A DNA stretch of 64,000 bases, from contig DASUSL010000091.1 of assembly GCA_036375135.1 (NCBI GenBank), forward strand, positions 10,947 through 74,946, in the 5' to 3' direction. The DNA comes from Thermoanaerobaculia bacterium. Its GTDB lineage: Bacteria > Acidobacteriota > Thermoanaerobaculia > Gp7-AA8. The notes under the pieces were generated by a model. That model was not told where the DNA came from and searched no databases. It was given only the letters and a program-made list of their open reading frames with translations. Both the position numbers and the translations under genes were made by a program. Numbering within the stretch: the first letter of the stretch is position 1; each line of letters starts with the position of its first letter. This document shows, one piece after another, positions 8,739 to 21,236 of the stretch.

Positions 8739-8855
8739 CGGGCGCGGATTCTATCTCCTCCGTCCCACGGAGGATAACGATGAACGATGAGCGATGAACC
8801 GCCTTCACCCCGGATGGGAGGCAGGGTTCATCGTTCATCGTTCATCGCTCATCGT
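8739..8855 (-). promoter_or_regulatory. structured purS leader: long imperfect hairpin built from GAACGAT/ATCGTTC heptamer repeats, plus a small hairpin that pairs the purS Shine-Dalgarno
   Basis: GATAACGATGAACGATGAGCGATGAACC ... GGTTCATCGTTCATCGTTCATCGCTCATCGTTC arms. On the purS sense strand, CCTCCGTGGGACGGAGG occludes GGAGG about 14 nt before the ATG. Confidence 0.5.
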
Positions 8856-9692
8856 TCAAAAGAGCGATAGCTGGCCCGGGAGGGGCTTGCGCTCGCGGCG
8901 GCGGGCGACGTCGAAGAGGCCTGTCGGCTCGAATTGTTTCGCAATGGAAAACTCGAGGCTCGCGCCCGTGCGGCGAAGCAGGCGCGTGCACATGTCGCGG
9001 ACGATCGACTCGTGGTTGTTCTTCTGCGAGAGGTGGATCATGCAGAGCGTCTTCAGGTCGGCGCCGAGGAGGCGCTGCACGGCGCTCACGGAATCGTCGT
9101 TCGACAGGTGGCCGAACCGCGACATGATCCGGCGCTTGAGCGACCACGGATAGCTGCCCATGCGGAGCATGTCCAGATCGTGGTTGGATTCGAAGAACAG
9201 GCCGTCGCATCCGCTGAGGTGGTCGAGCACTTCGCGGTTCACATAGCCGAGGTCGCTGGCGATGCCCACGCGGGTGCCGTCGCGGGACTCGATGACGAAG
9301 CAGGAGGGGTCCGCCGCGTCGTGGATCGTCTTGCGGGCGTGGACCTGCAGCTCGCCGATCCGGAACGTCGTGTCGTTCTGGAACACGACCATCTTCACGT
9401 CCGTCGTGTCGATGTTCGACGCGTCGAGCGTGCCTTTGGTCAGATAGATCGGCACCTCGTACTTGCGGGCGATCTTCTCCGCCCCGCGGATGTGATCGTA
9501 GTGCTCGTGGGTGACGACGATCGCCGAGAGCCGCTCGATGTCGCACCCCAGCGTGGCCAGGCGCTTCTTCGTGTCCCTGGGACCTATGCCGGCGTCCACG
9601 AGGATGGCTGTGCCGTCGCTCTCGAACCAGTAGGCATTCCCGGCCGAACCGGAGGAGAGAGGGGCCACGAGCATGGAGCGATGGTAGCTCAT
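8856..9692 (-). CDS. MBL-fold metallo-hydrolase
   Basis: THEHYDH (HxHxDH) motif and GSGSAGNAY N-terminus; about 270 aa. The start may be the internal ATG (MLVAPLSSGS). Confidence 0.8.
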   Translation of the reverse strand: MSYHRSMLVAPLSSGSAGNAYWFESDGTAILVDAGIGPRDTKKRLATLGCDIERLSAIVVTHEHYDHIRGAEKIARKYEVPIYLTKGTLDASNIDTTDVKMVVFQNDTTFRIGELQVHARKTIHDAADPSCFVIESRDGTRVGIASDLGYVNREVLDHLSGCDGLFFESNHDLDMLRMGSYPWSLKRRIMSRFGHLSNDDSVSAVQRLLGADLKTLCMIHLSQKNNHESIVRDMCTRLLRRTGASLEFSIAKQFEPTGLFDVARRRERKPLPGQLSLF

Positions 9693-9744
9693 TACCGCCA
9701 GCTCTGCGCTCGCTCAGGGCTAACCGGGTATGATCCGGCGCGAA

Positions 9745-11034
9745 ATGGCTGAACGGTTTATCGTCGAAGGTGGTCACCGGCTCGAAGGCTCGATCCGGCC
9801 GGGCGGCAACAAGAACGCGGCGCTGCCGATCCTGGCGGCGTGTCTGCTGACGGACGAGCCGGTGGTGCTCCGGAATCTGCCGGACATCCAGGACGTCCGG
9901 GTGATGCTGCAGATTCTCGAAGGGATCGGCGCCTCGGTCGAGCGTCTCGAGCAGAACGTCGTGCGCGTCACCGCGAAGGGCGACATCTCCTGCAACCCCG
10001 ACACGGAGCTGTCGAAGAAGATCCGCGCCTCGATCCTCCTGGCCGGGCCGCTGCTCGCGCGGTGCGGGAGTGTCTCCGTGGCGAAGCCGGGCGGAGACGC
10101 GATCGGCCGGCGCCGCGTCGATACGCATCTCCTCGCGCTGGAAGCCCTCGGCGCGCAGATCGAAGTGTCGGCGTACGAATACAACATGTCCGCCCGCGCG
10201 CTGCGCGGGAAGAAGATGTTCCTCGACGAGGCCTCGGTCACCGCAACCGAGAACGCGATCATGGCCGCGGTGCTGGCCGAGGGCGATACGTTGATCTACA
10301 ACGCCGCCGCCGAGCCGCACGTGCAGGACCTCTGTCACATGCTCATCTCCATGGGCGCGCAGATCGAGGGGATCGCCACCAACCAGTTGAGGATCCAGGG
10401 AGTCGAGGCCCTGCACGGCTGCGACTACACCATCGCCAGCGATCACATCGAGGTCGGCTCGTACATCGGCCTGGCGGCGGTGACGCGCAGCGAGCTGGTG
10501 ATCGAGGACGCCGTCCCCGAGCACATGTACGCCGTGCGGCACATGCTCGAGAAGCTCGGCGTCGAGATCAAGATCGAGGGGAAGAACATCCGCGTCCCGC
10601 GCAACCAGGAGCTGCGCGTCCGCTACGACATCGGCGCCGCGGTGCCGAAGATCGACGACGGACCGTGGCCGCTGTTCCCGGCGGACCTGCTGTCCATCAT
10701 GGTGATCATCGCCACGCAGGCCGAGGGGACGGTGATGATCTTCGAGAAGATGTTCGAGTCGCGCCTGTTCTTCACGGACAAGCTGATCGGCATGGGCGCG
10801 CGGATCATCCTCTGCGACCCCCACCGGGCCATCATCGTCGGCGGCGCGCGCCTGTACGGCGGCGAGATCTCCAGCCCCGACATCCGCGCCGGCATGGCTC
10901 TGCTCCTGGCCGCGCTCTGCGCGAAGGGGGAGAGCATCATCCACAACGTGCATCAGATCGACCGCGGCTACGAGCGGATCGACGAGAGGTTGAACGCGCT
11001 GGGGGCGCGGATCCGGCGCGAACGGGACGTCTGA
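9745..11034 (+). CDS. murA: UDP-N-acetylglucosamine 1-carboxyvinyltransferase
   Basis: MAERFIVEGGHRLEGSIRPGGNKNAALPILAACLL...; full-length EPSP-synthase-fold MurA. The ORF also allows an upstream ATG at 9730. Confidence 0.95.
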   Translation: MAERFIVEGGHRLEGSIRPGGNKNAALPILAACLLTDEPVVLRNLPDIQDVRVMLQILEGIGASVERLEQNVVRVTAKGDISCNPDTELSKKIRASILLAGPLLARCGSVSVAKPGGDAIGRRRVDTHLLALEALGAQIEVSAYEYNMSARALRGKKMFLDEASVTATENAIMAAVLAEGDTLIYNAAAEPHVQDLCHMLISMGAQIEGIATNQLRIQGVEALHGCDYTIASDHIEVGSYIGLAAVTRSELVIEDAVPEHMYAVRHMLEKLGVEIKIEGKNIRVPRNQELRVRYDIGAAVPKIDDGPWPLFPADLLSIMVIIATQAEGTVMIFEKMFESRLFFTDKLIGMGARIILCDPHRAIIVGGARLYGGEISSPDIRAGMALLLAALCAKGESIIHNVHQIDRGYERIDERLNALGARIRRERDV

Positions 11035-11427
11035 GTGCTCGCTTCGCTGACGCCGGACGATCTGGATGCACTCGCTGACGCGCGGCTGCACGACGCCGAG
11101 GCGTTGCTGGCGGCGGGCCGGTTCGACGGCGCGCGGTATGTCTGCGGGTATGCCGTCGAGTTGAAGCTCAAGGCGCGGATCTGCAGAGCGCACGGATGGG
11201 AGGAGTACCCTCCGGTGCCACAGCTCGCACAGGCGCTCAAGACGCATAACCTGCTCGTGCTGTTGCTGCTTTCCACGATGCAGACGACAATACTTTCGCA
11301 GCACGGGCAATACTGGTGGGTGGTCGTGCCGTGGACACCCGAACAGCGATACGCCACGGCAGCCGTGACGGCACAGGATGCGCAGACGATGATCGATGCA
11401 GCGCGCGCTCTGATGGCGGTTTTATGA
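11035..11427 (+). CDS. HEPN domain protein (PF05168-like)
   Basis: GTG start immediately after the murA stop (TGAGTG). DLDALADARLHDAEALLAAGRFDGARYVCGYAVELKLKARICRAHGW...KTHNLLVLL matches the HEPN helix pattern with the Rx4H motif. Confidence 0.75.
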   Translation: MLASLTPDDLDALADARLHDAEALLAAGRFDGARYVCGYAVELKLKARICRAHGWEEYPPVPQLAQALKTHNLLVLLLLSTMQTTILSQHGQYWWVVVPWTPEQRYATAAVTAQDAQTMIDAARALMAVL

Positions 11428-11816
11428 TCGAGCCCAGACACATCCAGAACGTTCGGCGGCGCCTCATCGCCGATCGTGGACAACTCACCTTCCTCGCGCT
11501 CTTCGAGCGTGACGAGGAGCCCGGCTGGTGGGATCTGCTGATCGCGGGGAGTGACCTGCGTTCCGACACGCTGGCCCACTACTCGTATGTCGCCGATGTG
11601 CTGCGGGCGGAGCTGACGCGGGATGAGATGGTGCGGCTCGCGAAGGTCGTCCTGCTTCCCGAGGATTATGAGCCCATCCAGAAGCTGCTGAGGCGAGTGC
11701 ATGTCGAAGACGGTGAGCCGGTCGAGCTCGAGTACTTCCGCTTCCACGAATTCCTCATTCGGCGCGCGCTGATCTTTCAGGCTGTTCCCGCCGCGGTGGG
11801 TGCCGAAAAGGCGTGA
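11424..11816 (+). CDS. hypothetical protein (130 aa), translationally coupled partner of the HEPN gene
   Basis: ATGA overlap with the HEPN stop; ends TGA 11814-11816, overlapping the folP GTG start. No canonical MNT motif (GSx9-13DxD is absent: only LLIAGSDLRSDT). Confidence 0.55.
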   Translation: MIEPRHIQNVRRRLIADRGQLTFLALFERDEEPGWWDLLIAGSDLRSDTLAHYSYVADVLRAELTRDEMVRLAKVVLLPEDYEPIQKLLRRVHVEDGEPVELEYFRFHEFLIRRALIFQAVPAAVGAEKA

Positions 11817-12619
11817 GCGACGCGCACGGCCCCGCCGTGATGGGCATCCTCAACGTCACGCCGGACTCGTTCTCGGACGGTGGCCTGCACTACGACCGCG
11901 CGGTGGCCATCGACGCCGCGCTGCGGATGGAGCAGGACGGCGCGGCGATCATCGACGTGGGCGGCGAGTCGACGCGCCCCGGATCGGACACCGTCTCCAT
12001 CGACGAAGAGCTGAGCCGCGTCATCCCGGTGATCGAAGGCATTCGCGCACGCAGCGGAGTGCGCATCTCCGTCGACACGAGAAAAGCGGAAGTGGCCGCG
12101 GCGGCGCTCGATGCCGGCGCGGACATGGTCAACGACGTCACGGCATTACGCGACGCGGAGCTGCGCGCGCTGGTCGCCAGTCGCGGCGTGCAGGTCATCC
12201 TCATGCACATGCGCGGCGAGCCGAAGACGATGCAGGACGACATCCACTTCGACGACGTCGTGCACGACGTCGCCCGCGAGCTGCAGCAGTGGCGCGACGA
12301 CGCCGTCGCCGCCGGCGTGAAGAAAGAGAACATCCTCATCGACCCCGGCATCGGCTTCGGCAAGACCTTCGAGCACAACCTCGAGATCCTGGCGCGCTGC
12401 GACGAGTACCGCAGCATCGCCCCCGTGGTCATCGGCGCGTCGCGCAAGGCCTTCATCGGACACCTCACCGGGCAGCCGGGCGGCGCGCCGCGCATGGCCG
12501 GATCGCTCGCGGCCGTGGCCGCGGCGGCGAAAGGATGCGCATCGTACGTGCGCGTGCACGACGTCCGCGAGACCGTCGATTTCCTGAAGGTGCTGGCCGC
12601 GATCGAGGCGCACGCGTGA
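11813..12619 (+). CDS. folP: dihydropteroate synthase
   Basis: ILNVTPDSFSDGG, IDVGGESTRPG and pterin-binding motifs over the full length. Alternative ATG start at 11840. Confidence 0.92.
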   Translation: MSDAHGPAVMGILNVTPDSFSDGGLHYDRAVAIDAALRMEQDGAAIIDVGGESTRPGSDTVSIDEELSRVIPVIEGIRARSGVRISVDTRKAEVAAAALDAGADMVNDVTALRDAELRALVASRGVQVILMHMRGEPKTMQDDIHFDDVVHDVARELQQWRDDAVAAGVKKENILIDPGIGFGKTFEHNLEILARCDEYRSIAPVVIGASRKAFIGHLTGQPGGAPRMAGSLAAVAAAAKGCASYVRVHDVRETVDFLKVLAAIEAHA

Positions 12620-13386
12620 ACTTCTTCGACCGCCTGCTGCTGCTCAACTTCACGTGGCGCGACGCGGTCGACATCCTCATCGTCGCCCTGATCATCTACG
12701 GCATCTTCGCGCTCATCCGCGGCACGCGGGCCATGCAGATCTCCATCGGCCTCGTCATCCTCGGCTCGACCTTCTTCGTCGCGCGGGCATTCGACCTTCC
12801 CGCCCTCGAGGCCATCTCGGCGCAGATCCTCTTCTATCTTCCCTTCGCGGTGATCGTGCTGTTCCAGCAGGAGATCCGCCGCGCGCTGGCGCGCATGGTC
12901 GGCAACCCGATGGCCATCTTCTTCCGCCGTCCCGACGGCACGCTGCCGATCGACGCCATCGTGCACGCGTGTGACGTCCTGGCGTCGAAGCGCGTCGGAG
13001 CGCTGATGGCCATCGAGGGACGGCAGACGCTGCGCATGTACGAGGATGGGGCGAAGCCGGTGGATGCGGTGCTGACGAACGAGTTGCTGGTCGCGATCTT
13101 CACGCCGGGCGGTCCGCTGCACGACGGCGCGGTGCTGATCCGCGGCAACCGCATCGCCGCGGCGAACGCGTTCCTGCCGCTGACGTCGACGCCCGATCCG
13201 ACACTCGCGCACGGGACGCGTCACCGCGCGGCGATCGGACTCAGCGAGGAGACCGACGCGCTGGTGATCGTCATCTCCGAGGAGAATGGGTCGACGGCCC
13301 TGGCCGCGGACGGCGTGCTGCGCGAGAACGTCGACAGCGGCGCGCTGCGCGTGGCGCTCACCGAGCGCTTCGGAGCCTCACGTTGA
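12617..13386 (+). CDS. cdaA: diadenylate cyclase CdaA (c-di-AMP synthase)
   Basis: Three N-terminal TM helices followed by a DisA_N domain (DGAVLIRGNRIAAANAFLPLT, GTRHRAAIGLSEETDALVIVISEENG). GTGA overlap with folP. Confidence 0.9.
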
Positions 13387-13420
13387 AGCGCCTGTCCTCC
13401 ACTAAACTGCGCGCGCCGCG

Positions 13421-14131
13421 ATGAAGAACCTCGGCCTCAAGCTCGTCTCGCTGCTGCTGGCGTGCATCCTCTGGTGGTACGTGTCGCTGCCGCGGCGCGA
13501 GGAAGTGCGCGAGCGCGTGGTCACGGCGTCGCTGGCGCTGGTGGGGATGCCGTCCTATCTCGTCATCACCACGCCCGACATCCCCAGCAGCGTGGCCGTG
13601 CGCGTGCGCGGGCGGAAGACCGACCTGCGCGGCGTGGCCTCGCAGACCCTCGAGGCGTCCGCCGACCTGAGCGCCATCACCACGCCGGGTGAAGTCGAGA
13701 TCACGATCCGCGCGCGGCACATCAACGTGCCGGACGAGATCGAGGTCATCTCCATCGAGCCGTCGAAGGTGCGCTTCCGCGTGGAGCAGTTGCGCCAGCG
13801 CGCGGTGCCGATCCGGCCGTTCCTCGACGGCGGCGTGCCGGCGGGCTTCATCATCGGACAAGCCACCGCGGAGCCGCCGCTGGCGCTGGTGTCCGGGCCG
13901 GCGTCGCAGATCATGAAACTGGCCGAGGTCACGACGGAGCGCATTATCATGACCGGCCGCACGGAGACGTTCGTGCAGAGCGCGGGCGTCATCGCCGACT
14001 CACCGCTGGTGCGGATCATCTCGCCGCTCACCACACAGATCACGGTTCCGGTGCTCGCGGAGGTCGGACCCGAGCCGCCCACGGACACGAGCGGTACGAC
14101 CGGCACCACGGAGACCACGAGCACACAATGA
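13421..14131 (+). CDS. cdaR: CdaA regulatory protein CdaR (YbbR-like domains)
   Basis: N-terminal TM helix followed by YbbR-like repeats. Position between cdaA and glmM is the conserved cdaA-cdaR-glmM arrangement. Confidence 0.75.
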   Translation: MKNLGLKLVSLLLACILWWYVSLPRREEVRERVVTASLALVGMPSYLVITTPDIPSSVAVRVRGRKTDLRGVASQTLEASADLSAITTPGEVEITIRARHINVPDEIEVISIEPSKVRFRVEQLRQRAVPIRPFLDGGVPAGFIIGQATAEPPLALVSGPASQIMKLAEVTTERIIMTGRTETFVQSAGVIADSPLVRIISPLTTQITVPVLAEVGPEPPTDTSGTTGTTETTSTQ

Positions 14132-15441
14132 GACAACTCTTCGGCACTGACGGCATCCGCGGCAAGGCGCGGCAATATCCTCTCGACGAGCCGACGCTGA
14201 TCCGCCTCGGATACGCCCTCGCCAAACGCTTCCCCGGCAAAGTCCTCCTCGGCCGCGACACGCGCGAGTCGGGAGCGATGATCGCCGGCGCACTCGCCGC
14301 CGGCCTGAAGGCAGGCGGCGCGCAACCGGTGGCGGTCGGCGTCATCCCCACGCCCGGCATCGCCTGGCTCTGCAGAACGACAGACGATGCCGTCGCGGCG
14401 ATCTCGATCTCCGCTTCGCACAATCCGTGGGAAGACAACGGCGTGAAGATCTTCGGTCACGACGGGATGAAGCTGCCCGATCGCATCGAGCTGGAGATCG
14501 AGCAGGACCTCGAGCGCGTCGACATCGGCGCGCAGACGTCGACCGAGAACGACGAGGAATCGCCGGAGCTCATCGAAGCGTACGAGCGCTTTCTCATTTC
14601 AGGGATCCCGCCCGCGGCGCTGAAGGGACGCAAGGTCGTGCTCGACGTCGGTCACGGAGCCGCCTATCGAATCGCGCCGGAAGTGTTCCGCCGCGTCGGC
14701 GCGGACGTCGTGGTCATCCACGACGCGCCGGACGGCCGCAACATCAACGAGAACGCCGGCGCGATGCATCCGGAGCGGCTGGCCGAGGTGGTGGTGGAGC
14801 AGCAGGCGGACTACGGCGTGGCCTTCGACGGCGACGCCGACCGCGCCATCTTCGCCGACGACGCGGGAAAGATCCGCGACGGCGACGAGATCATCTATCT
14901 CTGGGCGAAACACCTGAAACTGCCGCTGGTCGTGACGACGGTGATGTCGAACTTCGGCTTCGAAAAACAGCTCCAGGCCGACGGCATCGAGCTGCTGCGC
15001 GCACAGGTGGGCGACAAGTACGTCCTCGAGCAGATGCTCGAGCGCGACGCGCTCCTCGGCGGCGAGCAGTCCGGCCACATCATCGACCGCACCGTGCACA
15101 CCACCGGCGACGGCATCCACACCGCGGTCGTCTTCGGCAGCATCCTCGCGGAAATGGGACAGCCGTTCTCGAAGCTGCACACGTTCGACCCGATGCCGCA
15201 GCTTCTGCTGAACGAGAAGGTGGCCTCCAAGCCGCCGCTCGAGTCGCTGCCGAAGTATCAGGAGGCGCACGCCGCCGCACTGCGCCAGCTCGATGGGAAG
15301 GGACGCATTCTCGTGCGCTACTCGGGAACGGAGAATCTCGTCCGCGTGATGGTGGAAGGGGAGGACGACACGCTGATCCGGCGCATTGCGGAGGAGCTGC
15401 GCGGCGTGCTCAAAGAGGAAATCGATGACGTGTCATCCTGA
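14128..15441 (+). CDS. glmM: phosphoglucosamine mutase
   Basis: MRQLFGTDGIRGKA ... SASHNP (phospho-Ser loop) ...; 437 aa full-length GlmM. Confidence 0.95.
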   Translation: MRQLFGTDGIRGKARQYPLDEPTLIRLGYALAKRFPGKVLLGRDTRESGAMIAGALAAGLKAGGAQPVAVGVIPTPGIAWLCRTTDDAVAAISISASHNPWEDNGVKIFGHDGMKLPDRIELEIEQDLERVDIGAQTSTENDEESPELIEAYERFLISGIPPAALKGRKVVLDVGHGAAYRIAPEVFRRVGADVVVIHDAPDGRNINENAGAMHPERLAEVVVEQQADYGVAFDGDADRAIFADDAGKIRDGDEIIYLWAKHLKLPLVVTTVMSNFGFEKQLQADGIELLRAQVGDKYVLEQMLERDALLGGEQSGHIIDRTVHTTGDGIHTAVVFGSILAEMGQPFSKLHTFDPMPQLLLNEKVASKPPLESLPKYQEAHAAALRQLDGKGRILVRYSGTENLVRVMVEGEDDTLIRRIAEELRGVLKEEIDDVSS

Positions 15442-15531
15442 GGCGTGTAGACGCCGAAGGATCCCCTGCCGACGGAGCGGGCATCGGTTTCAGCACGCGG
15501 TCCTTCGCCCTCTACGGAGCTCGGGATGACA
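15436..15531. mobile_element. MITE-like element (family GTGTCATCCTGAG...CTCAGGATGACAC), about 100 bp, with terminal inverted repeats
   Basis: GTGTCATCCTGAGGCGTGTAGACGCCGAAGGA ... TCCTTCGCCCTCTACGGAGCTCGGGATGACAC. A second copy lies inside carB (19151-19258). The left end contains the glmM stop; the right end contains the ATG of the SDR. Confidence 0.8.
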
Positions 15532-16281
15532 CCGCGGTGGACGCTCGCAGGGAAAACCGCCCTCGTCACCGGCGCGACGAAAGGCATCGGCCTGGCCATC
15601 GCGAACGAACTGGCGGCCTTCGGCGCTGACGTCATCGGCGTGGCACGTGGCAATGTGGCGACGGGCTTCAGCCCTTCGCGTGACGGGCTGAAGCCCGTCA
15701 CCACATTCGCAGCCGACATGAGCAGGCCGGAAGACCGCCGGCGCCTCATCGAAGGAATCGACAGACTCGACATCCTCGTCAACAACGCCGGCACGAACAT
15801 CCGCAGGAAGGCGATCGATTACGAGGACGGCGAATACGAGCGCATCCGCGAGCTCAATCAGGATGCGGTGCTTGATCTCTGCCGTCTCGCGCATCCGCTC
15901 CTGAAGCAATCGGGCGAGGCGAGCATCGTCAACATCGTCTCCGTGGCCGCCTTCCGCCACCTCGGCACCGGCATCCCGTACGCCATGACCAAGGCGGCCG
16001 TGGCGCACATGACCCGCGGCCTCGCGGCGGAGTGGGCGGCGGACGGGATCCGCGTCAATGCCGTGGCGCCGTGGTACATCCGCACGCCGCTGGCGCAGCC
16101 GGTGCTCGACGACCCGTTGCGTCTGGCGAAAATCCTCGAGACCACGCCATTGAAGCGCGTCGGCGAGCCGGAGGAAGTCGCGTCGCTCGTTGCATTTCTC
16201 TGCATGTCGGCCGCGTCTTACATCACCGGACAGTGCATTGCGGTCGATGGCGGATTCAGCGTTGCCGGTGTTTTCCAATAA
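15526..16281 (+). CDS. SDR family oxidoreductase
   Basis: [12 protein letters not shown] and YAMTKAA motifs. Carries a 15-aa in-frame insertion ([15 protein letters not shown]) encoded by the GGGCTTCAGCCC palindromic element at 15661-15698. Confidence 0.85.
   Translation: MTPRWTLAGKTALVTGATKGIGLAIANELAAFGADVIGVARGNVATGFSPSRDGLKPVTTFAADMSRPEDRRRLIEGIDRLDILVNNAGTNIRRKAIDYEDGEYERIRELNQDAVLDLCRLAHPLLKQSGEASIVNIVSVAAFRHLGTGIPYAMTKAAVAHMTRGLAAEWAADGIRVNAVAPWYIRTPLAQPVLDDPLRLAKILETTPLKRVGEPEEVASLVAFLCMSAASYITGQCIAVDGGFSVAGVFQ
15661..15698. repeat. palindromic element GGGCTTCAGCCC ... GGGCTGAAGCCC (F2 family), in-frame within the SDR gene
   Basis: ACGGGCTTCAGCCCttcgcgtgACGGGCTGAAGCCCGT. The same core occurs at 26765, 41085/41271 and 54272. 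Confidence 0.8.
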
Positions 16282-16285
16282 AACA

Positions 16286-16314
16286 TTGGCGTTCTGAACG
16301 ACCGCTGCTATATT
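16286..16314 (+). promoter_or_regulatory. sigma-70-like promoter (TTGGCG-N17-TATATT) upstream of the H1-like gene
   Basis: Spacing is exact; AT-rich discriminator; about 40 nt upstream of the RBS GGAGATAGGG and ATG 16354. Confidence 0.45.
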
Positions 16315-16353
16315 GCGCCATCCATTTTTAGCCCAATATCGGAGATAGGGTGC

Positions 16354-17377
16354 ATGGCGAAGGCGCAGGGGAAGAAGGCGGTCGCCGCCGCCAGTGGTAA
16401 GAGTGCGGCAAAGAAGGTCGCGGCGAAGCTCAAGAGCGCGGCCAAAGCGGTGAAAAAAAAGGTCGCGCCGAAAAAGGCCGCCGCGCCCGCAGCGAAGCCA
16501 GCCGCGAAAAAGCCCGCGCCCAAAGTCGCGGCCAAGCCCGTCAAGCCTGCCAAGCCCGTAAAGCCCGCCCCGAAGCCGGCACCGAAGGCCGCGGCCAAAC
16601 CGGCGCCGAAGCCGGCACCGAAACCCGCGCCGAAAGCCAAGGCTCCCGCGAAACCGGTCGCGAAGGCGGCCAAGGCGGCGGTCAAGGCCGTGAAGAAAGT
16701 CGCGGCCAGGGTTGCGCCGAAGGCAGCCGAGAAGCCTGCTCTCAAGCCGAAAGCGGTCAAGCCGGCGCCGCCCACTCCCGCGCCGGTCGCGCCGAACGTT
16801 CCCGCCGTGCCGAAGCCGGCGCCCGCGCCGGAGCCGGAGAAGGCCAAGCGCGGCCGCCGCGCGCGTCCGCGCGTGATCTCCAGCGGAGCGCCCGCCGCGT
16901 CGTGGCTGTCGTCCGAGAAGCCGCGTCCGGCGTCGTTCATCGCCGCGCCCGCGCGTGCCGAGGCGCCGAGCGCCGTGGCCGCGCCGCCGGCGTCGTCGGA
17001 TCGACTCATCCGCGCCGAAGATCTGGACCATTCCGCCCTGCGCACCGTGCCGGTGCGCATCGACGTCGAGCAGGGGGCGGGACGCTTCTACGTCATCGCC
17101 AATCCGATGGAAGTCTCCGTGCGCGTCGGTGAAGGGATCGAGTGGGATTTCCGCTACATCGGCGGCGCCGACGTCAACGTCGACGAGATCGTCATCGAGC
17201 TCGAGAAGCCGTCGCCGTTCACGCAGAGCGTCTTCCGTACGCGCAAGCCGGGCGGCGCGCGTCCGCATCGCCAGCTCTCCGGCGCCGCGGTGGCGTCCGC
17301 GGCGGGCAAGCGCATTCAGTACACGGTGCGCGCGATGACGCCGTTCAAGACAGAGCTGGCGAACACGAAGGTCTGGG

Positions 17378-17394
<17 letters not shown>
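16354..17394 (+). CDS. histone H1-like Lys/Ala/Pro-rich protein fused to a C-terminal domain of unknown function
   Basis: N-terminal roughly 150 aa are AKKAAPKPAAKP repeats (AlgP/Hc1/BpH1-like), followed by about 180 aa of non-repetitive sequence ([28 protein letters not shown]...). Confidence 0.65.
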
Positions 17395-20662
<3,268 letters not shown>

Positions 20663-20690
20663 CGGGGGCGAATGATACAGTTTCGGACCG

Positions 20691-20764
20691 CAGTGCTGAG
20701 TGCTGGGTGCTGAGGGCTGAGACCACAGCGAAACTCAGCACCCGGCACTCAGCACTCAGCACTG
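20691..20764. repeat. hairpin of tandem heptamers (GTGCTGA)n / (TCAGCAC)n, occupying the carB divergent intergenic region
   Basis: GCAGTGCTGAGTGCTGGGTGCTGAGGGCTGAG ... CTCAGCACCCGGCACTCAGCACTCAGCACTG. It abuts ATG 20766 and lies 29 nt from the carB ATG. Confidence 0.85.
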
Positions 20765-20765
20765 T

Positions 20766-21236
20766 ATGAAACGCTTCATCGAGTGGGACAGCATCGAGGT
20801 CCGTGTGGACGGCGAGAAGATCGCCGCCATGGCTCGCGAGATGGTCGCGGCCGACCCGATGATCGAGCGGCTGCACCTTCGGTTCGCGAACGGACTGCTC
20901 CGCGTGGAAGGGTCGGTGCGCAAGTTCATCAGCGTCCCCTTCCAGGTCGACATCACGCAGATGATCGCGTCGGGGACGACCGTGCGCGTGCCGCTGGCGC
21001 GCATCTCCGCCGGACCGATCCCCGTGCCGACGCTGCTGGTGGGGCTGGTGCGGCAGAAGTTCCCGAAGGAGCTCGTGCGCTACGAGGACCCGGCCACGCT
21101 GGTCCTCTCGCTGGATCGCTTTTTGCCACCTTTCGTCTCCGCTGATATCCAGAAGATCTGGATCATCGACGGCGGCCTGGCCGTGACTCTCGGCAAAGGC
21201 GGCGCCGATCTTCCCACCGGAGGTACGACTTCATGA
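20766..21236 (+). CDS. hypothetical protein (156 aa)
   Basis: ORF with typical codon usage; ATGA overlap with the downstream DUF1232 gene. The start is uncertain because the repeat hairpin abuts the ATG. Confidence 0.5.
   Translation: MKRFIEWDSIEVRVDGEKIAAMAREMVAADPMIERLHLRFANGLLRVEGSVRKFISVPFQVDITQMIASGTTVRVPLARISAGPIPVPTLLVGLVRQKFPKELVRYEDPATLVLSLDRFLPPFVSADIQKIWIIDGGLAVTLGKGGADLPTGGTTS

Noticed and set aside
8739-8855. ZTP (pfl) or purine riboswitch upstream of purS
   Set aside because: Conserved pfl core sequences and pseudoknot, or the purine aptamer junction nucleotides, could not be matched by eye. Only a generic structured leader is claimed.
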